A stretch of 63,611 bases of DNA, filler included, from Sphacelaria rigidula (Eukaryota): assembly GCA_964200075.2 (NCBI GenBank). It is 5 parts of 5 records of this genome, joined end to end, with 100 filler letters (N's around TTAATTAATTAA, not from the genome) between each part and the next. Parts side by side here need not be neighbours in the genome. Positions count along the whole stretch, not along the records: positions 50,972 to 63,611 come from CAXNAA020003545.1; 4 more parts are not named here. One strand, given 5' to 3'. The notes below the pieces were generated by a model. That model did not search any database, was not told the origin of the DNA, and saw nothing but the letters and a program-made list of their open reading frames with translations. The position numbers and the translations under genes are program-made. Below are positions 50,872 through 63,611 of the stretch, piece after piece. The stretch's first letter is position 1; every line of letters begins with the position of its first letter.

Positions 50872-50971
50872 NNNNNNNNNNNNNNNNNNNNNNNNNNNNN
50901 NNNNNNNNNNNNNNNTTAATTAATTAANNNNNNNNNNNNNNNNNNNNNNNNNNNNNNNNNNNNNNNNNNNN
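50872..50971. other. Artificial contig linker
   Basis: 44N + TTAATTAATTAA + 44N. Confidence 0.98.
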
Positions 50972-52370
50972 CCGCGCCAACGGTGAAAAGAAGGATCCAC
51001 CCAAACCTGTTATCATGACCGACGCTGCGTCGTTTTTTGAAATCTGGAGCCCACGCAGCAGATTTGAACGACGAGCAGTTTTGCAGCGCCTCTACTGTCC
51101 ATAAGCGCTCACCCCACTTCTGTGCTTACCGGAACACCGCATGCAGCTCTACAACTGTCCAGGCACTCTCCAGCGCACATCACACCATGTTCGTCGTTAA
51201 GTGTTCAAATGCACAACAGCACAGCGACAACTACAGCATAAAAATGTGGGGGGGAAATGTGACGTGGCGCGTAGTTTGAAAGTTGGAGACAGATTCCTTC
51301 TTTTCGTCGGAAACACATTGATTTGTGGAATGTCTGTTGAGAACAAATTGATCGAAAAGCACTGATATCTGTGGAATCCGCGCACGTAGCCGCAGGGTTA
51401 TGCTAAGACTGGAAGCTTTACCGTTTTTTGTTGCACGCACGCCCCGCCTTCTATCGAATACTGGACGGATTTTCGTCAAAAAAAGACTGTCGTGTGTGGA
51501 TGATGAGGTATTGCTTGAACGATGCGCGTGAGTGGTGGGCGACTGTGCGTCTTCTTTCAGGGCTGGGTGTTTAGGTGTTGTGCTCCCTTGTTGCATCTTG
51601 TCGGCAGCATTACACAGACCTTGGACCTGCCTGGACTAACGACCACTTCCACACCCGCCGCATTCTAGCCTGCGTGCAGATCTGGGTTCCAAGTTTTTGA
51701 ATTTGAGAGCGCCACTTGTACAAACCAGCCCGCGCCAACGGTGAAAAGAAGGATCCACCCAAACCTGTTATCATGACCGACGCTGCGTCGTTTTTTGAAA
51801 TCTGGAGCCCACGCAGCAGATTTGAACGACGAGCAGTTTTGCAGCGCCTCTACTGTGCATAAGCGCCCACCCCAGTTCTGTGCTTACCGGAACACCGCAT
51901 GCAGCTCTACAACTGTCCAGGCACTCTCCAGCGCACATCACACCATGTTCGTCGTTAAGTGTTCAAATGCACAACAGTACAGCGACAACTACAGCATAGA
52001 AATGATGAGTGAGGGAAGCGTCTTGTTCGATTGACTACATATTCTGAAAAAAATATTGCTGTGTTGACGTAGTAGTACAGCAGCAGCTGGACAGCGAAGC
52101 TCATGCATGCTGTATACAGTCCGTCTTCGGGTTCTTAACCTAAAAAACACTGCAGAACTGCTGTGTTGTCTTGTGTTCAGTGTAGTACACTGTACCCAAA
52201 ATAATGGGGTCATGTTTTGAGCAGTTTTTCTTCAAGTGTTGCTTGTTTTTTTTAAAGTTCTCCATGTTTTTTCTCAAGTATTCCGAAAAAAACGAGAGTG
52301 TTTTCTGTCACAGAAGTCTAATGTCGAAATCTCGATTAGCCTGAGACAACAACCAATTTGAAAATTGGAA
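50972..52370 (+). repeat. Dispersed repeat (family of 8990-10610) containing a tandem duplication with a ~758-bp period
   Basis: 50972-51240 is nearly identical to 51730-51998. Confidence 0.9.
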
Positions 52371-52389
52371 TAGCGATGATAGGGTCGTA

Positions 52390-52710
52390 ATTCATTTTGG
52401 ATCTGCGGTAGCTTTCGCGTTTCCCCTCTTACCTGTCGTCTGACAACGCAACATCAACTGTCGCATGATGTAGGAGACGGTGGTTGCTCGAAACACAGCG
52501 GCGTGCTCGCGAAATCATCTTGCCTACACGAAAGTGAATCGAGTGGCGCGAGACTTGCACTGTGAGCTGAGATCGGTATCAAGATGACGGTAACAGGATC
52601 GTGTTTCATTTTGGATCTGCTGTAGCTTCGGCGTCTCTCGTGTGCCTTATCGTCTGACAACGCGATATCGACTGTCGCATGATGCAGGAGACCATAGCTG
52701 CTCGAAACAC
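52390..52710 (+). repeat. Two-copy diverged direct repeat (~214-bp period)
   Basis: tcattttggatctgc...tcgtctgacaacgc...ctgtcgcatgatg.aggagac...gctcgaaacac occurs twice. Confidence 0.8.
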
Positions 52711-53743
52711 GTTGGAGAGCTTCGCTGAAGCAGTAGGGTGCGTCGGTGCCAAACCAATCATGCCAGTCGGAGTTGTACTATCCTATCGACGTCTAGCAAC
52801 TTCGTGTCAGAGTTTGTATGACACTGGTTCTAATGGGAGTTTGATGTAGAGTTGGTGGGGCAAAGTTGCCACGGAGGTTTTAAAAAGTGGGATGTATTAC
52901 ACCTGGAGACTAAGGCCACAGAACAGGTCGTTGTAAGAAATGATGCGGCAACTGCTAGAGTGGAGGGGGTGGGGAGGCGTGAGGGTAGGCATCATCCTGG
53001 AGGTGTCAGGTACGGAAAATACATTATCATACGGTGGCTTCATCTCGCTGAAGCTCTGACATCACCTGAGACGCCCGCTGGATGTCGGGTACGGCGCGTC
53101 AGACTTCGATTGTTTTGCCCCTATAACACCTGGATGTAAGTGCAGGTACGTTGCCAGTTCAGTTTTCAGTGATTGCATAGACACTGAACGGAATCTCACT
53201 TTTTTCTGTCGCCCAAAATATTCGCTGTTGGAGCGGCGACAAAATCACGTTCCGACCCTCAGTTACACTTCTTGTTTCTTACTACTGGAAACACTGTTCT
53301 CGTGATAATGAGAGTAGATCATTGATTGAGGATGGGTTTCATCACTCGCTTTAAAGTGATCAGTTTTACAGTCTGTGTGTGTTTTCTTTGTCTATAACAC
53401 TGACGTGTGCCTACAGCTACACGTCGATATCCTACTCAGGGATATCAAGGGCTTCAGTGGCAAGCTACTACAGAAAGCATATCGGACCTCCTGGAGGAGC
53501 ATTTCGGGACTGAAACAATTCATTTACTAACTGACCGCTTCTGACTCTCAATCGCATCCTCTACTCTCAATCTCACGAACACATTGTTTGGATGGAGACC
53601 ATCTGTCTCCCCAGGGTTTGGAAGATACGAAAGCCGAAATCGTACGTTATACGCACCCACGATCATGTACAACTTACGAAGCATAGATAAACGGACGTGA
53701 ATGCCAAAGGTCGTTACGTGCAACATCGCACAGCATATGTGCC

Positions 53744-53921
53744 TCATTTCTTCTGAAAAACCTTGCCCCCTATCATTTTAAACGCCGGCTTGCCATGCAC
53801 CATTGTTGCCCTCGCGAAAAGAACGCCGCAGCTTGGACACTCCAGTGAACCACCCGTGAAGTCTTCCACTATGCGTTCCTTGTAGCACTTCACCAAGGAA
53901 CCTTTCCCACCTTTCTTGTAT
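53744..53921 (-). CDS. Last exon of a small two-CxxC (zinc-ribbon-like) conserved hypothetical protein
   Basis: Pyrimidine tract plus cttaag| acceptor (phase 2). YKKGGKGSLVKCYKERIVEDFTGGSLECPSCGVLFARATMVHGKPAFKMIGGKVFQKK then stop. Confidence 0.85.
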
Positions 53922-55501
53922 CTTAAGAGGCACCCGGCGGAAGTGACGGGAGGACGGGGGGGGGTTATCATGATCTTGCATGCTGTCGTCATGAGACCAT
54001 TGACCTCGAATCCCTACATAGCCGAGACGGAGCACGCCGAGTTTCCACCGGGCCAGTCTCGCAATCAATGACCAAGCGCGAACCATCGTGACGTATGCGG
54101 CGAGTCGCCTGAAGCGTGAGCTGCACCATCGTTCGGCCCGAAGCATACCGGTTGTGTTCCATATAAATGATAGCCTGGAACGAGTTGCTTCAGTTTTTGG
54201 CATTGCTACTTTCAAAGACAGCCACGGGTTACACTGCACCATGGGCACCTCACCATTGAACACCAAGTAGTACGATCATCCCCTTTGCGCGCAGTTGAGG
54301 TTCTCCACACCGCGCAGTATGATCCAACTCGATCATCATCATGATCACCGCAACAATAGGCGAGCGACAAGAAAGCGGCCTGGTGGCCCAACTTACGCAG
54401 TGAATGCCCTGTTTCACAGCGTCGTTGCCAACCGACGCCAACCCTTGAGTGGAAAAGGAAAGGTGACGCGGGCGGGAAGACTGTGGTGTCATTTCCGTAA
54501 CTGCGCTAGATACATATACGTCCACGACATAGATCGTTCTTATTCTCAACTACACGGTGCGCTCAGGCGATCCAACCTGTGATCGTCAACACTTGTTCTC
54601 GGCGCACGTTTGTCCAAGCTTGCAACAGGAGGAGGGTATCTGCTCTTGGAATGAAGTCATTGAAAGTGACGAATTATTGCCACGTAGCAAACACTAGCAG
54701 AGGAAACAAACGGCACGACGCGGGAGATGTTGGTCTACAACACCGGCATATGTGTAAGGACACTACGCCGGCACATCACACCCAATCGTGCTATGCGGTA
54801 CCCGTGGCTTGTCTAATCACTCCCGGATGTTCTACTGGCCGGCAGTGAAAACTGTTGTTTACTGTATCTATGGCTTTCGATGAATAGTGGTCAGGATGAA
54901 GCCGTTTCGCCTACGCTATCGTGTTACGCAATCTTTGCTATTTCTCATCATCTTACGGAAAGGCACATCTCTGGAGCCACCTGCCGCAGACCATCCGACA
55001 ATAGACTGCGCTACGCACAGTGCTTTATTCCGGGCTTCCTGATTGTCGGGTACGGTGGTGATGTGATCGTAAGTACACACGTACATTACCCACCATCAAA
55101 GTTATTGACTTTTATACGCTAAACAGACCAACCTACCGCTGTAGAGTGCTGCACTGAAGAAGATACCAGAAGAAGGTCATATCACTCACCGGGAACTTGG
55201 GGCATGTGCTACATGTACGAATTCAAGTTGTGTCCCCCACAATTCACACGACTATCTTAACGCATGGGAGCGTCTTGACTGTAGTACGGAAAACAACACC
55301 TTCTTGCTTTCACCCGCCCTCAGGAACACTTCGTCGTTATGTCCCACCCACATCGTGGTACGGGGAATACTCGCAGTGCGACGTTGCCAGAAATGCTCGA
55401 ATCTTGAAACTGTAACTGGAATGCTAAAGCACACGTCCTGGGCGAGCAGTTGGGTAGAACCGTTATTTCTATCTCCTCCCAGCCCCCGTGAAACCACTCA
55501 C

Positions 55502-55605
55502 TTATACAGTTTGAACTTGCACTTCATGCAGCATACGTCCACCGATCGCTCCGGCAGTTTTTTCCGCGGTTGGGCCATCATGAGCATGCCTCGCCATCTT
55601 GAGCC
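55502..55605 (-). CDS. Preceding exon of the same protein (not in the ORF track)
   Basis: tag| acceptor. GSRWRGMLMMAQPRKKLPERSVDVCCMKCKFKLY+AA. Donor |gtgagt, phase 2, joining 53921 in frame (AA+A = Lys). Confidence 0.82.
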
Positions 55606-57007
55606 CTAGTACATGGGTCGCACAAGAAGAGTTGCTGCTTGGCCGAGGAACAAACTCGTCAGCATGGTCGAAGTCCTAATGAGCGTGCCCCTTTGTTACA
55701 AATGTACATTCAGGTAACTCGTGATTATCGTCACAAACGACCAATGTCCGAGCACACTCAGCTTTCGTGATACAGCTCCCATTGCTCAAAGGATGACATT
55801 TCAAATGAAATTCATTCAGTCACCGTGAGTGCAAATATTTGAGTGACGTCTCGAAGTTGGGAGTCACACTGCTGCGCTGGCGTTTTCACCCACCTGCTGT
55901 CCAGTCGTTGGCGCCCGTGAAACCCACACCCTTTCCCTCCCGAAAACTGTGCGTGTAGCAGGCACAAATCCGACCCTTACCCAGCCTGTCCTTCGATCCC
56001 CGGTGGGCGAAAGCACTGAACGGTGTTTTCGCAATCGCGTCACTTGCATTGCTGCTGTATAAAGGCCGACCCTTTCGTGCATGGTCGTCCGCATCCTGCA
56101 GTCCAGTGGTACGGTATACAGAGCAATTAATACTGCGTGATCCAGAAAATTTCCGGTGGAAACATGATTACCAGATAATGTGCTCGCACTGTCTATCGGA
56201 TGTTTCGAGGTGAGTACACCATGCTGATAGCTCCCTGTGTATCGGGGTACATGATATGGGAGCCCATGAATGGCGCAGACGGAGAGGATGGATCCGAAGG
56301 GTGCTACGGGGTGAAAAGCTGCTTGACACAACACCAACAACAGCGGTCAGCTGACGATACTGTTGGTTAAGCGTGGCAATCGCTGTCGTCAGCAGGTTTG
56401 GTCCACACACGGTAAGAAACGTGAACATGTGTAACTTTCCATCCAATTTTAGAATCTTCGTCGGGTTAGGCAGGGCCTGATGATTCACCCGCTGTCCATC
56501 TCAGTAGCATGGATCAGGGTATTTCGATATTTGTAGGTAGTGCTGGCATAAACGTCGGAAATTATCACAGGGTGGCTACACCGGAGAGGACTGCGCCTCG
56601 TCCGATCTACGCGAGGAGTGCGAGGTCGTTATCGAACAAGGTTGTTCTTTAAACAGGGCATGTGCGCCACTGTTGTGAAGTTGCCGTTCTGTCGCATCCA
56701 CCCCGTCATTTTTCACCCTTTGAATATCCGCAGATGAACACCCGAGTACGAGTCGTTCTTCAAATGAAAACAACGTTTCAGCAGGTGGACCTCCCTGCGC
56801 TGTCAGTGGACAACAAAATGTCTTTCTCCGTGGTGCTACAATAACTTAAGCTGATAGAGTGCGCCAGCGGCACGGTTACAACGAAACCAGAACACGCTGT
56901 GCGGTGATACTGCTTTATGAAAAACACGTTCACGGTACAAAAGCATCACTTCACTGCATTTTTGAAAACGCAATTTGGGCGGCAATAGATTGTCGAATGT
57001 TCAGGCC

Positions 57008-57250
57008 GGTCGCCCCGGTGGTTCAGCTGGTAACCTGGTAACCTGGTGGCTGGGTCGTCGGTTCGGATCTCGGTGAAGGCACGCGATCTGGGATTTTTTT
57101 CTCGCACCTTACCCAACAGTGGGAAGCGACTATGTCATGGGTACACATGCGTCGACGTCAAGGTCAACGAAGGAAAGGGACCGCTGAACCTCTCTCGCGA
57201 AAACAATGAAGGCGGGCACCGCACAAGGAAGATGGAGTACTGAAACAAAA
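57008..57250 (+). mobile_element. tRNA-derived SINE
   Basis: gccccggtggttcagctggtaacc ... ggttcggatctc, similar to 12745-12818. Confidence 0.7.
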
Positions 57251-60200
57251 TACTAGAGAAAAAACTCCTGTGCTGGCCTTCCTCTTGTGTGATCCCGGCT
57301 GATGCGCCCACGTACGCCTAAAGGTTTAGACTGGCGTCCACAATAGATGGGATGGCAAGACAACAAAACGATAGGTTGTTGTCCTCACGCTTGTGCTGTC
57401 GCCCTTGCCGCTCCGACGCACACGCACCCTGCTGCCCCCATTAGAGCAACAGCCATCCAATTCATCTTCGCCTCCATCTGCTGCAAGTGACAGGTACTCT
57501 GTTCTTTTCTTTATTCACCGGCCCGGTGTGACGACGTTCCGCGTTCGGGCCTGCTGATAACGCAAGCGTTTTGACCGTTGTACGGCGAGGGCGATTGTGT
57601 TGGTCTTGAACATGAGACAGTTTTGAGCTCTGTTGATACTGAACTTTAACATGTTTCTAAGCGTTAGGTTTCGATCGCTGCAGTTGTTGCGATGCGATCG
57701 CTGCAGTTGTTGCGATGCCTTATCACCCGGACAAACCTGGCTGGCCAAACGCTGCAAGGACACACTAGAACGCGGACGCTCTCGAAACGCGCATATCTCA
57801 ATAAATGAGGTGCTCCTGACGACGATTGGGATGCAGTGGTTGGATCGATCTCACGCACGAGTGAAGCCCGTCTAGTGATACTGGCTTACCTTGGCATCGT
57901 CAGTGTTTGAAAGAAGCTGCAGACTCTCATGTAGGGTAGTGCTGTGTAGTACTCTACAACTACGCGGTGTTGCGTACCGTATACTCATCGTCTAAGGGGG
58001 CATTCACGATATTTCCAACGAGTTTACCTGCTGGATTCCGCCGAGCAAAACGTGGCTGGTGGAGCTCGGCCGAACGCGGGTGCCTTTTCTCACATGACAC
58101 CAACTCTGTTGTTTTCAACCAAACAACTCGAGACAGTAGCCCGCCATACGCTCGATGAAAAGCTTTTAATCAATCCTGATCTGTCTGGATAATACCAGGG
58201 TTGTTGCTGTTGAAGGCGTTGTCGTTGCGGACTGGTCTATTCGACATATTCGCACAAACCGCGGGCCACGAAGGGGTGTTATATCTCGTGACCCAGAGAA
58301 ACAAGAAACGTAGGCTACGAAGTATATCACCCTAGGGATACGAAGTACAACCTCGATTTTCTCGTGGGCTGGGAAGGCTACAATATGGAAAGTTGTATCC
58401 TTGCTGATATCTCCTCATTAGAGTTTGATTGATAAAATCTCCACGGCAGTTCGGGGCCTCGCTGTGTTCAGATGAAATCGTGCTCAAGGTTTCATCATCG
58501 CCCAGGGTGATATACCCCGCAACGTTAGGTAGGATCATGTGTCGGAGATGTTGTTGAACTCGTGGTGGCCCCGAGCCCAGTCATAATTATTGCAGTACTT
58601 CATGGATTCATTTTTCACCTGCTTCGCTACCCTTTGACGCCGTAAGCATTCCGCGCCCTTATGGCTAGGTGAACCGTTATACGCAGTGACATGCAGGTTT
58701 ATGTCGCGGTGTCGCTAACTTTTTTTTCGTGAAAGTCATGTATCAATGAACCGTGGTACCACCGCCTCAGCGTCCATTCCCTGTTGGCAGGGTGCTGTAT
58801 TATTTACTTCATGAATATTAATCAAAAGTGATGGATATGAAGCGCACATGGCACCATTATTTATTATAAAGTGCATTGCCATAACAGGCAGTCAATATTT
58901 GTGAAGGGGGGAGCCAGCTCACTAATCTCTATCGGCCGCGGGTCGTACCCGATAACCAATTGTGCTAATTACAAAAACTTTAAAACAGCACTCAGGGTAA
59001 CCTTTAACTACCCTGTTAGGGGCTGCAGGCGCCGGTAACAACCTCGCGTTGGCAAGGAAGAAGACGTTGTTCCCTCATGGAATGCATGATATCGAGAACT
59101 TCTTGTCATGACAATAGACCTCCACCAGCGCTGCCGCCACGTGCGTCGGTGATGGTGTCGTTGCTGTTACTTCAACTTTCAGCTGCGGCTCCGGCACATG
59201 AATGTACAAGTTCCACCGACGCTGCAACCGTCTGCTTGGCAACGCTAAATGTCAGGCACGGCGATAAGACGAGGGGAGAGGCTGTGAGCGTGGCCTCTCC
59301 TTCTCATGGTAAGAATTGACGGGTCTTTTTGTTGTAGTGATTCCTCGTGCTGCCCCTAGATATATATGTTGCGTGTTACTGCTACAACAGCGAAGTCGAA
59401 CAACCTCAGGTGGGCATGATCTTGTTGATGCGGGACTGCACGGTCTGCTTGCGTGCGCGTTGTTGATGTTGGGGTGGGGGGAGGCTAGAGTTGCCATCTC
59501 ATGGTAAGGATTTTGACGTTGACGGGGTAATATATCAGCTGTTGTAGATATCCACTGCACTCTTTGACGGTATACTTGAATGGCCGCACCCTGTATTTTG
59601 GAGCTTCATTCGATAGCACGTACTGGTCGCTCTCCGGCGATGAGTGGGTGAAATATAGTACTTTTATGTTTTTGTATTCTGGCACAACCCAAATACAAGC
59701 GAAGCATATCGGCACAAGCAGCAGTGTACTGAGTGTAACACGGTGTCTCCAACGATCGGCGGTCAATAAACACAGACACGAGGTATTTCCACTAAGCAGA
59801 GGGCTTTGAATATCGGCTGGCACATTGACAATCTCCACGTATGCACCTTTCGCCTTCGGAGATAATCGTGCTGTATCTCAACGCGATCAGATTCACTGTA
59901 GACGGGGCATGATTCCCCCTGGTTGAAATGATGTTCAACATCGATTCCACAAACGTTGAGGAGGCTACGATGCGAAAGTTGTCCCGCTGAAACGTTGTCG
60001 GGGAGTCCTGCGTCTCCGTGAGTGCATGTTTGATGGCTGTGCGGGACCTTCGCCGTGCAGGAAATGTAGGCTGAACGTCTTATCATCCAACGTCGACGTA
60101 CTACGCATCCTGCAGTATGGTAGCAAGATCCGGCTTCGAGAATCTCGGAGCACAAGCTCTGGACACCGTTGTGCTCTGTTCATGATAGGAACGGCGCAGA

Positions 60201-60253
60201 TATTGAGCAAGACCGATGCATGCTCCACATGCCTTTGATCCAGTAGACTTTAC

Positions 60254-60607
60254 CATTCGGTAGTTGGCAGATAGTTCTCGGAAATTTCCGGTTTGTGGAC
60301 AGGTGCAGTATTGAATTTTAGTGTGAACACCGAAATCCGGATCTTTGGGGGGGGGCTATGCTCCTGGCGTGCTCCTAGCGTGCGCAGAACGCCTTTTTGT
60401 CTACATCGGCGCCTGGAGCGCCGATTTGAGGTCCGACAACGCACACTTTGCCGAGAAAACACGCTGCACCCCCCTTGCCCGAGGGTTCTCGGTATGTCGT
60501 CGTTGGGGTTAGGGTTAGGGGTTAGTGTTAGTGTTAGTGTTATTCGAAATGCATCAGCACCTGCACAAACCATAAATTTCCGAGAAATATCTGTCAACTA
60601 CCGAGTG
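60254..60607. mobile_element. MITE with ~50-bp imperfect TIRs and internal ttaggg-like repeats
   Basis: tcggtagttggcagatagttctcggaaattt ... aaatttccgagaaatatctgtcaactaccga, with gggttagggttaggggttagtgttag at ~60505-60543. Confidence 0.8.
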
Positions 60608-61214
60608 ATAAAGTCACCTCCTTTTGACCCACCTTGTGTGTTGGATTCGAGGGCAGACGGCGGCAGAATTTTGGCTGGTTTTGTTCCAGCCGAATCCTCT
60701 TTAACATTACACCGAATTTTCGGGGAGTACAGAGAATAAATTACTGGTTCCATTGCAGTGCTGCAAGGGAAGGTCGAGTAGAGTATACTCAATTGCAGGG
60801 TATTTAAAAGTCGCACTTAAAGTACACAAATTGGGGTAGGATTGTAGGCATCGCTTCCCAGCTATTTTTGGGGTACGACTCCTCAGGCGCTACCCTAATT
60901 TGAGTGCCTCAAGTGCGTCTTTCAAAATACCCCCCAATTGAGTATACTCTAGTCGACCTGCCCTTGCAGTGCTGTTGCCGTTGACAGTTCACCTGCCAGT
61001 GTCTCCCATCTAGTTTTACACCTTTCATGGGTGAGGAATAGGTAGAATCGCTCGGGATTAGCTTCACCAACAGTAGTGCCTGTATTCCATGTATTTCGCA
61101 GCTGCAAACACCACCCATCCCTTCAGCCAACACATCGATACAGTAGTCGGGTGGAGGAGGAAGTAGATTCATAGAAATACCCTTGCAGCAGAGCAACATA
61201 GAGAAGAAGTCATA

Positions 61215-61541
61215 TAGTGGGAAAATGTGAACTGTACAAGGAGGAACGGAACATGCTCAAGAAGATGATGGAACTAAAGGAATCTGACATGAAATCTTTC
61301 GATACTTTGGATCGTAGTAGCGAAAAGGCGATCGCGGTACTAAAAGATGAATAGTCGCCACAGACGGTGAAAGGGGAAGGGTATACTAAACATGTCAAAG
61401 GTTCTTGTGTAATATATGGAAGAAACGTAATGAGCGCCCAAATGTTGGAGATGTCTCTTTCAGGAGAAGAAACGGTGCTCCGCCCCGAAAGGTATCCGTA
61501 GTGAATGTTGAAATGACTCAGGCAAGCAACAAATGAATACG
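61215..61541 (+). mobile_element. LINE 3' fragment
   Basis: HIVGKCELYKEERNML... followed by gactcaggcaagcaacaaatgaatacg and a C-run. Homologous to 48343-48700. Confidence 0.88.
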
Positions 61542-63611
61542 CCCCCCTCGCCACTTCAGGCAACAAATCGGGAAAACCAGGAGCACTGTCTCGAGGTCGG
61601 GGCTTCATGGGAGCAGCCATGATTTCCGACCCAGACCTGGTGGTGTTTGCCGGGGGCATCGGACGCGGTGGGACTGTGGTGGAGGCCAGTGTTGACGCAT
61701 TTTCGGGGCTGAGGAGAGATCGAGAGGAAGGGGCGAGCGCACAGCGGGAAGTTGTATCGTGAGTTACTGTTGCGTTCTGGACATTCAGACTCCGCTGAAA
61801 AGGGAGATTGGGTCGTTGCTATCAACATACCCCTGATGCACTTTTAGAAACACAACGGCATGGATGTGTGTCCGCGGCTGTACATGTGCGTTCACGCGCT
61901 ATTTCAAAGAAAAATGTCAAGGGGTGGCTTAGCTGTCAAAAATGGTACCTTGTTTCAATTGTTTGTTTGATTTTAATCCTTAGACCGCGAGGAGAGTCTT
62001 TCTGGATCATGCACATTTTTTCCCAGCGAAATCAATGCTAATTCAACAGACGACCTGCTCTCGGCGTTAAAGGGTTGAGGAGATGGGGAACTCTTAAGAG
62101 AGGTAATTGAGCTGCCAGATGCAGTTACATTCTTAGGCTGGTGGTGTCTCAAGTGTTTCGGGGCTGTTGTTCTCGGACCTGTGGTTGACCTTGGAGTGAA
62201 GGTGTATACGCATTCAGAGTGTGACAAGGGCTGGCCCCACGTACAAGTCAAAGTGGCGTGGTGACTAAAACTCCCAGTCATTCCTGCTGTTGTAGTTGCC
62301 TTCAGAACTAGTGTCAGCTCTTCTTTGCGGCCACCGTGTTCATTTTGGTGCCCTCAATGGACGGGATAGCGGAGAATCTGGGTGGAACGATGTGCCAGCC
62401 GTTGTGTATCATGTGTGCGGTGCACCACATCAACGGCGCACGCATCAATATCCCCCCGCAGGCTCTGACCTGGTTGCAATATGTGCTCTAATCCGGTCAG
62501 TTACAACGACGGCGAATTTTACGTGAACAGGTTCAACCCGTGGGGGTACGTAATCATGTGCTGAGTTCCCGTATCTCACTACACTGCTAGCGCATACCAA
62601 CTTCTCGTCTGTGCTAGCGTATACCAAGGTCATTCAATATTCTCAGCATGCGGCCTGCGAGTATTGTGGGTGCATGGCATCGGTTTTTGTCTGTTCTTGT
62701 TGCGAGAGTACTGGGCAAAAGATGCACGCCCCTGCTTTTTCTCGAATGTGGCGAAGCCAAAACGCTAAGCCTTCTACAGGATACGGGTTGGGTAACCCTA
62801 ACCTTGATACAGTAGTTGGCGTCGGAACCATTAATTTTGTGATATTTTCGTAATGCGCGATTTTCTTGGACTCTTTTTGCTTGCCACCGCTTTTCACATT
62901 GTAGGTCTGAAGATGTTTGTATCTGCTCCACATTCCGGGAAGAAAAATATCATCAGTACTGAACATTGAGTGACTTACGGGCTGACCGGTCATCGGAGGT
63001 CCTGCCACTTTTTAGCCCAGATTTTGACTCTTTGGTATTGTCGAGCGATCGAGCTTATTCCGATCGTACTTCAGAAGAAACATTTTTTTTTTTTAGTTCT
63101 ACCTACTCATTGCACTAGAGCCGAAAAACTGTGTTTACGTCAATAGCACCCTCCTGATAAACGGGTTATCTCCTCTTGTCGCCCGATAACACCAACGAAG
63201 ACTAACTTGGGCACTACGTTTCGCGGACGATTTGTATATTATACCAAAATCCACCGACGCCAGAACTTTCGAGGTCTCTCGAAGTGTAGCAGGCGAAAAA
63301 TTCCTAAAACAACCCGGAATAATTATGATGCTGACTACCATACCCTCACCAACACAAATGCATCCGTCAGATAATGTGTAGTGTTATTCACCACAGGGAA
63401 GCGAGACACCTGTTTTTCTGCGCACCACCTTCCAGTCCGGACGAACCGCTCCCTATCCACCAACGCCAAAATCACTTTGCATGAACTGAACTCTTATCCC
63501 CTATTGCTTCCAGCACCAGAATCCCCCGCCTGCCCCCCCCCCACTGGCCATGGTCCAACAACCATGGCCCCGGAGCGAGGGTGAAGCCGCCCCCCCCCCC
63601 CCCCCCCCCCC

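Noticed and set aside
57672-57717. Perfect 23-bp tandem duplication
   Set aside because: An ordinary slippage or repair duplication with no further structure.

Overview
Eukaryotic, repeat-rich, intron-rich DNA. Exon style, TE families and TTAGGG-like repeats suggest a brown alga or other stramenopile (inference). The window is not one locus. It is five contigs (1-12644, 12745-25387, 25488-38129, 38230-50871, 50972-63611; lengths 12644/12643/12642/12642/12640) joined by artificial 44N-TTAATTAATTAA-44N linkers. Contig 1 is dominated by an ~8.8 kb GC-rich satellite of ~180-bp monomers, in which forward monomers (A) alternate with inverted derivative monomers (B), making a chain of palindromes. 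Contig 2 holds decayed Ty1/copia sequence, a foldback-type element with a SINE inside it, and a 63-bp minisatellite. Contig 3 holds six exons of a + strand MFS (TetA/MFSD10-like) transporter gene, with MITEs, LINE tails and a 214-bp hairpin in its introns. Contig 4 holds three exons of a minus-strand WDR18/IPI3-like WD40 gene, two copia remnants, a pogo-like non-autonomous element with a residual ORF, and a deleted LINE. Contig 5 holds a small minus-strand two-CxxC (zinc-ribbon-like) gene (two exons resolved) plus SINE/LINE/MITE debris. The most notable signals are the palindromic satellite, a poly(A)-less LINE family that sits at G/C runs, the pogo-derived mini-ORF, the intronic hairpin and the small zinc-ribbon gene.
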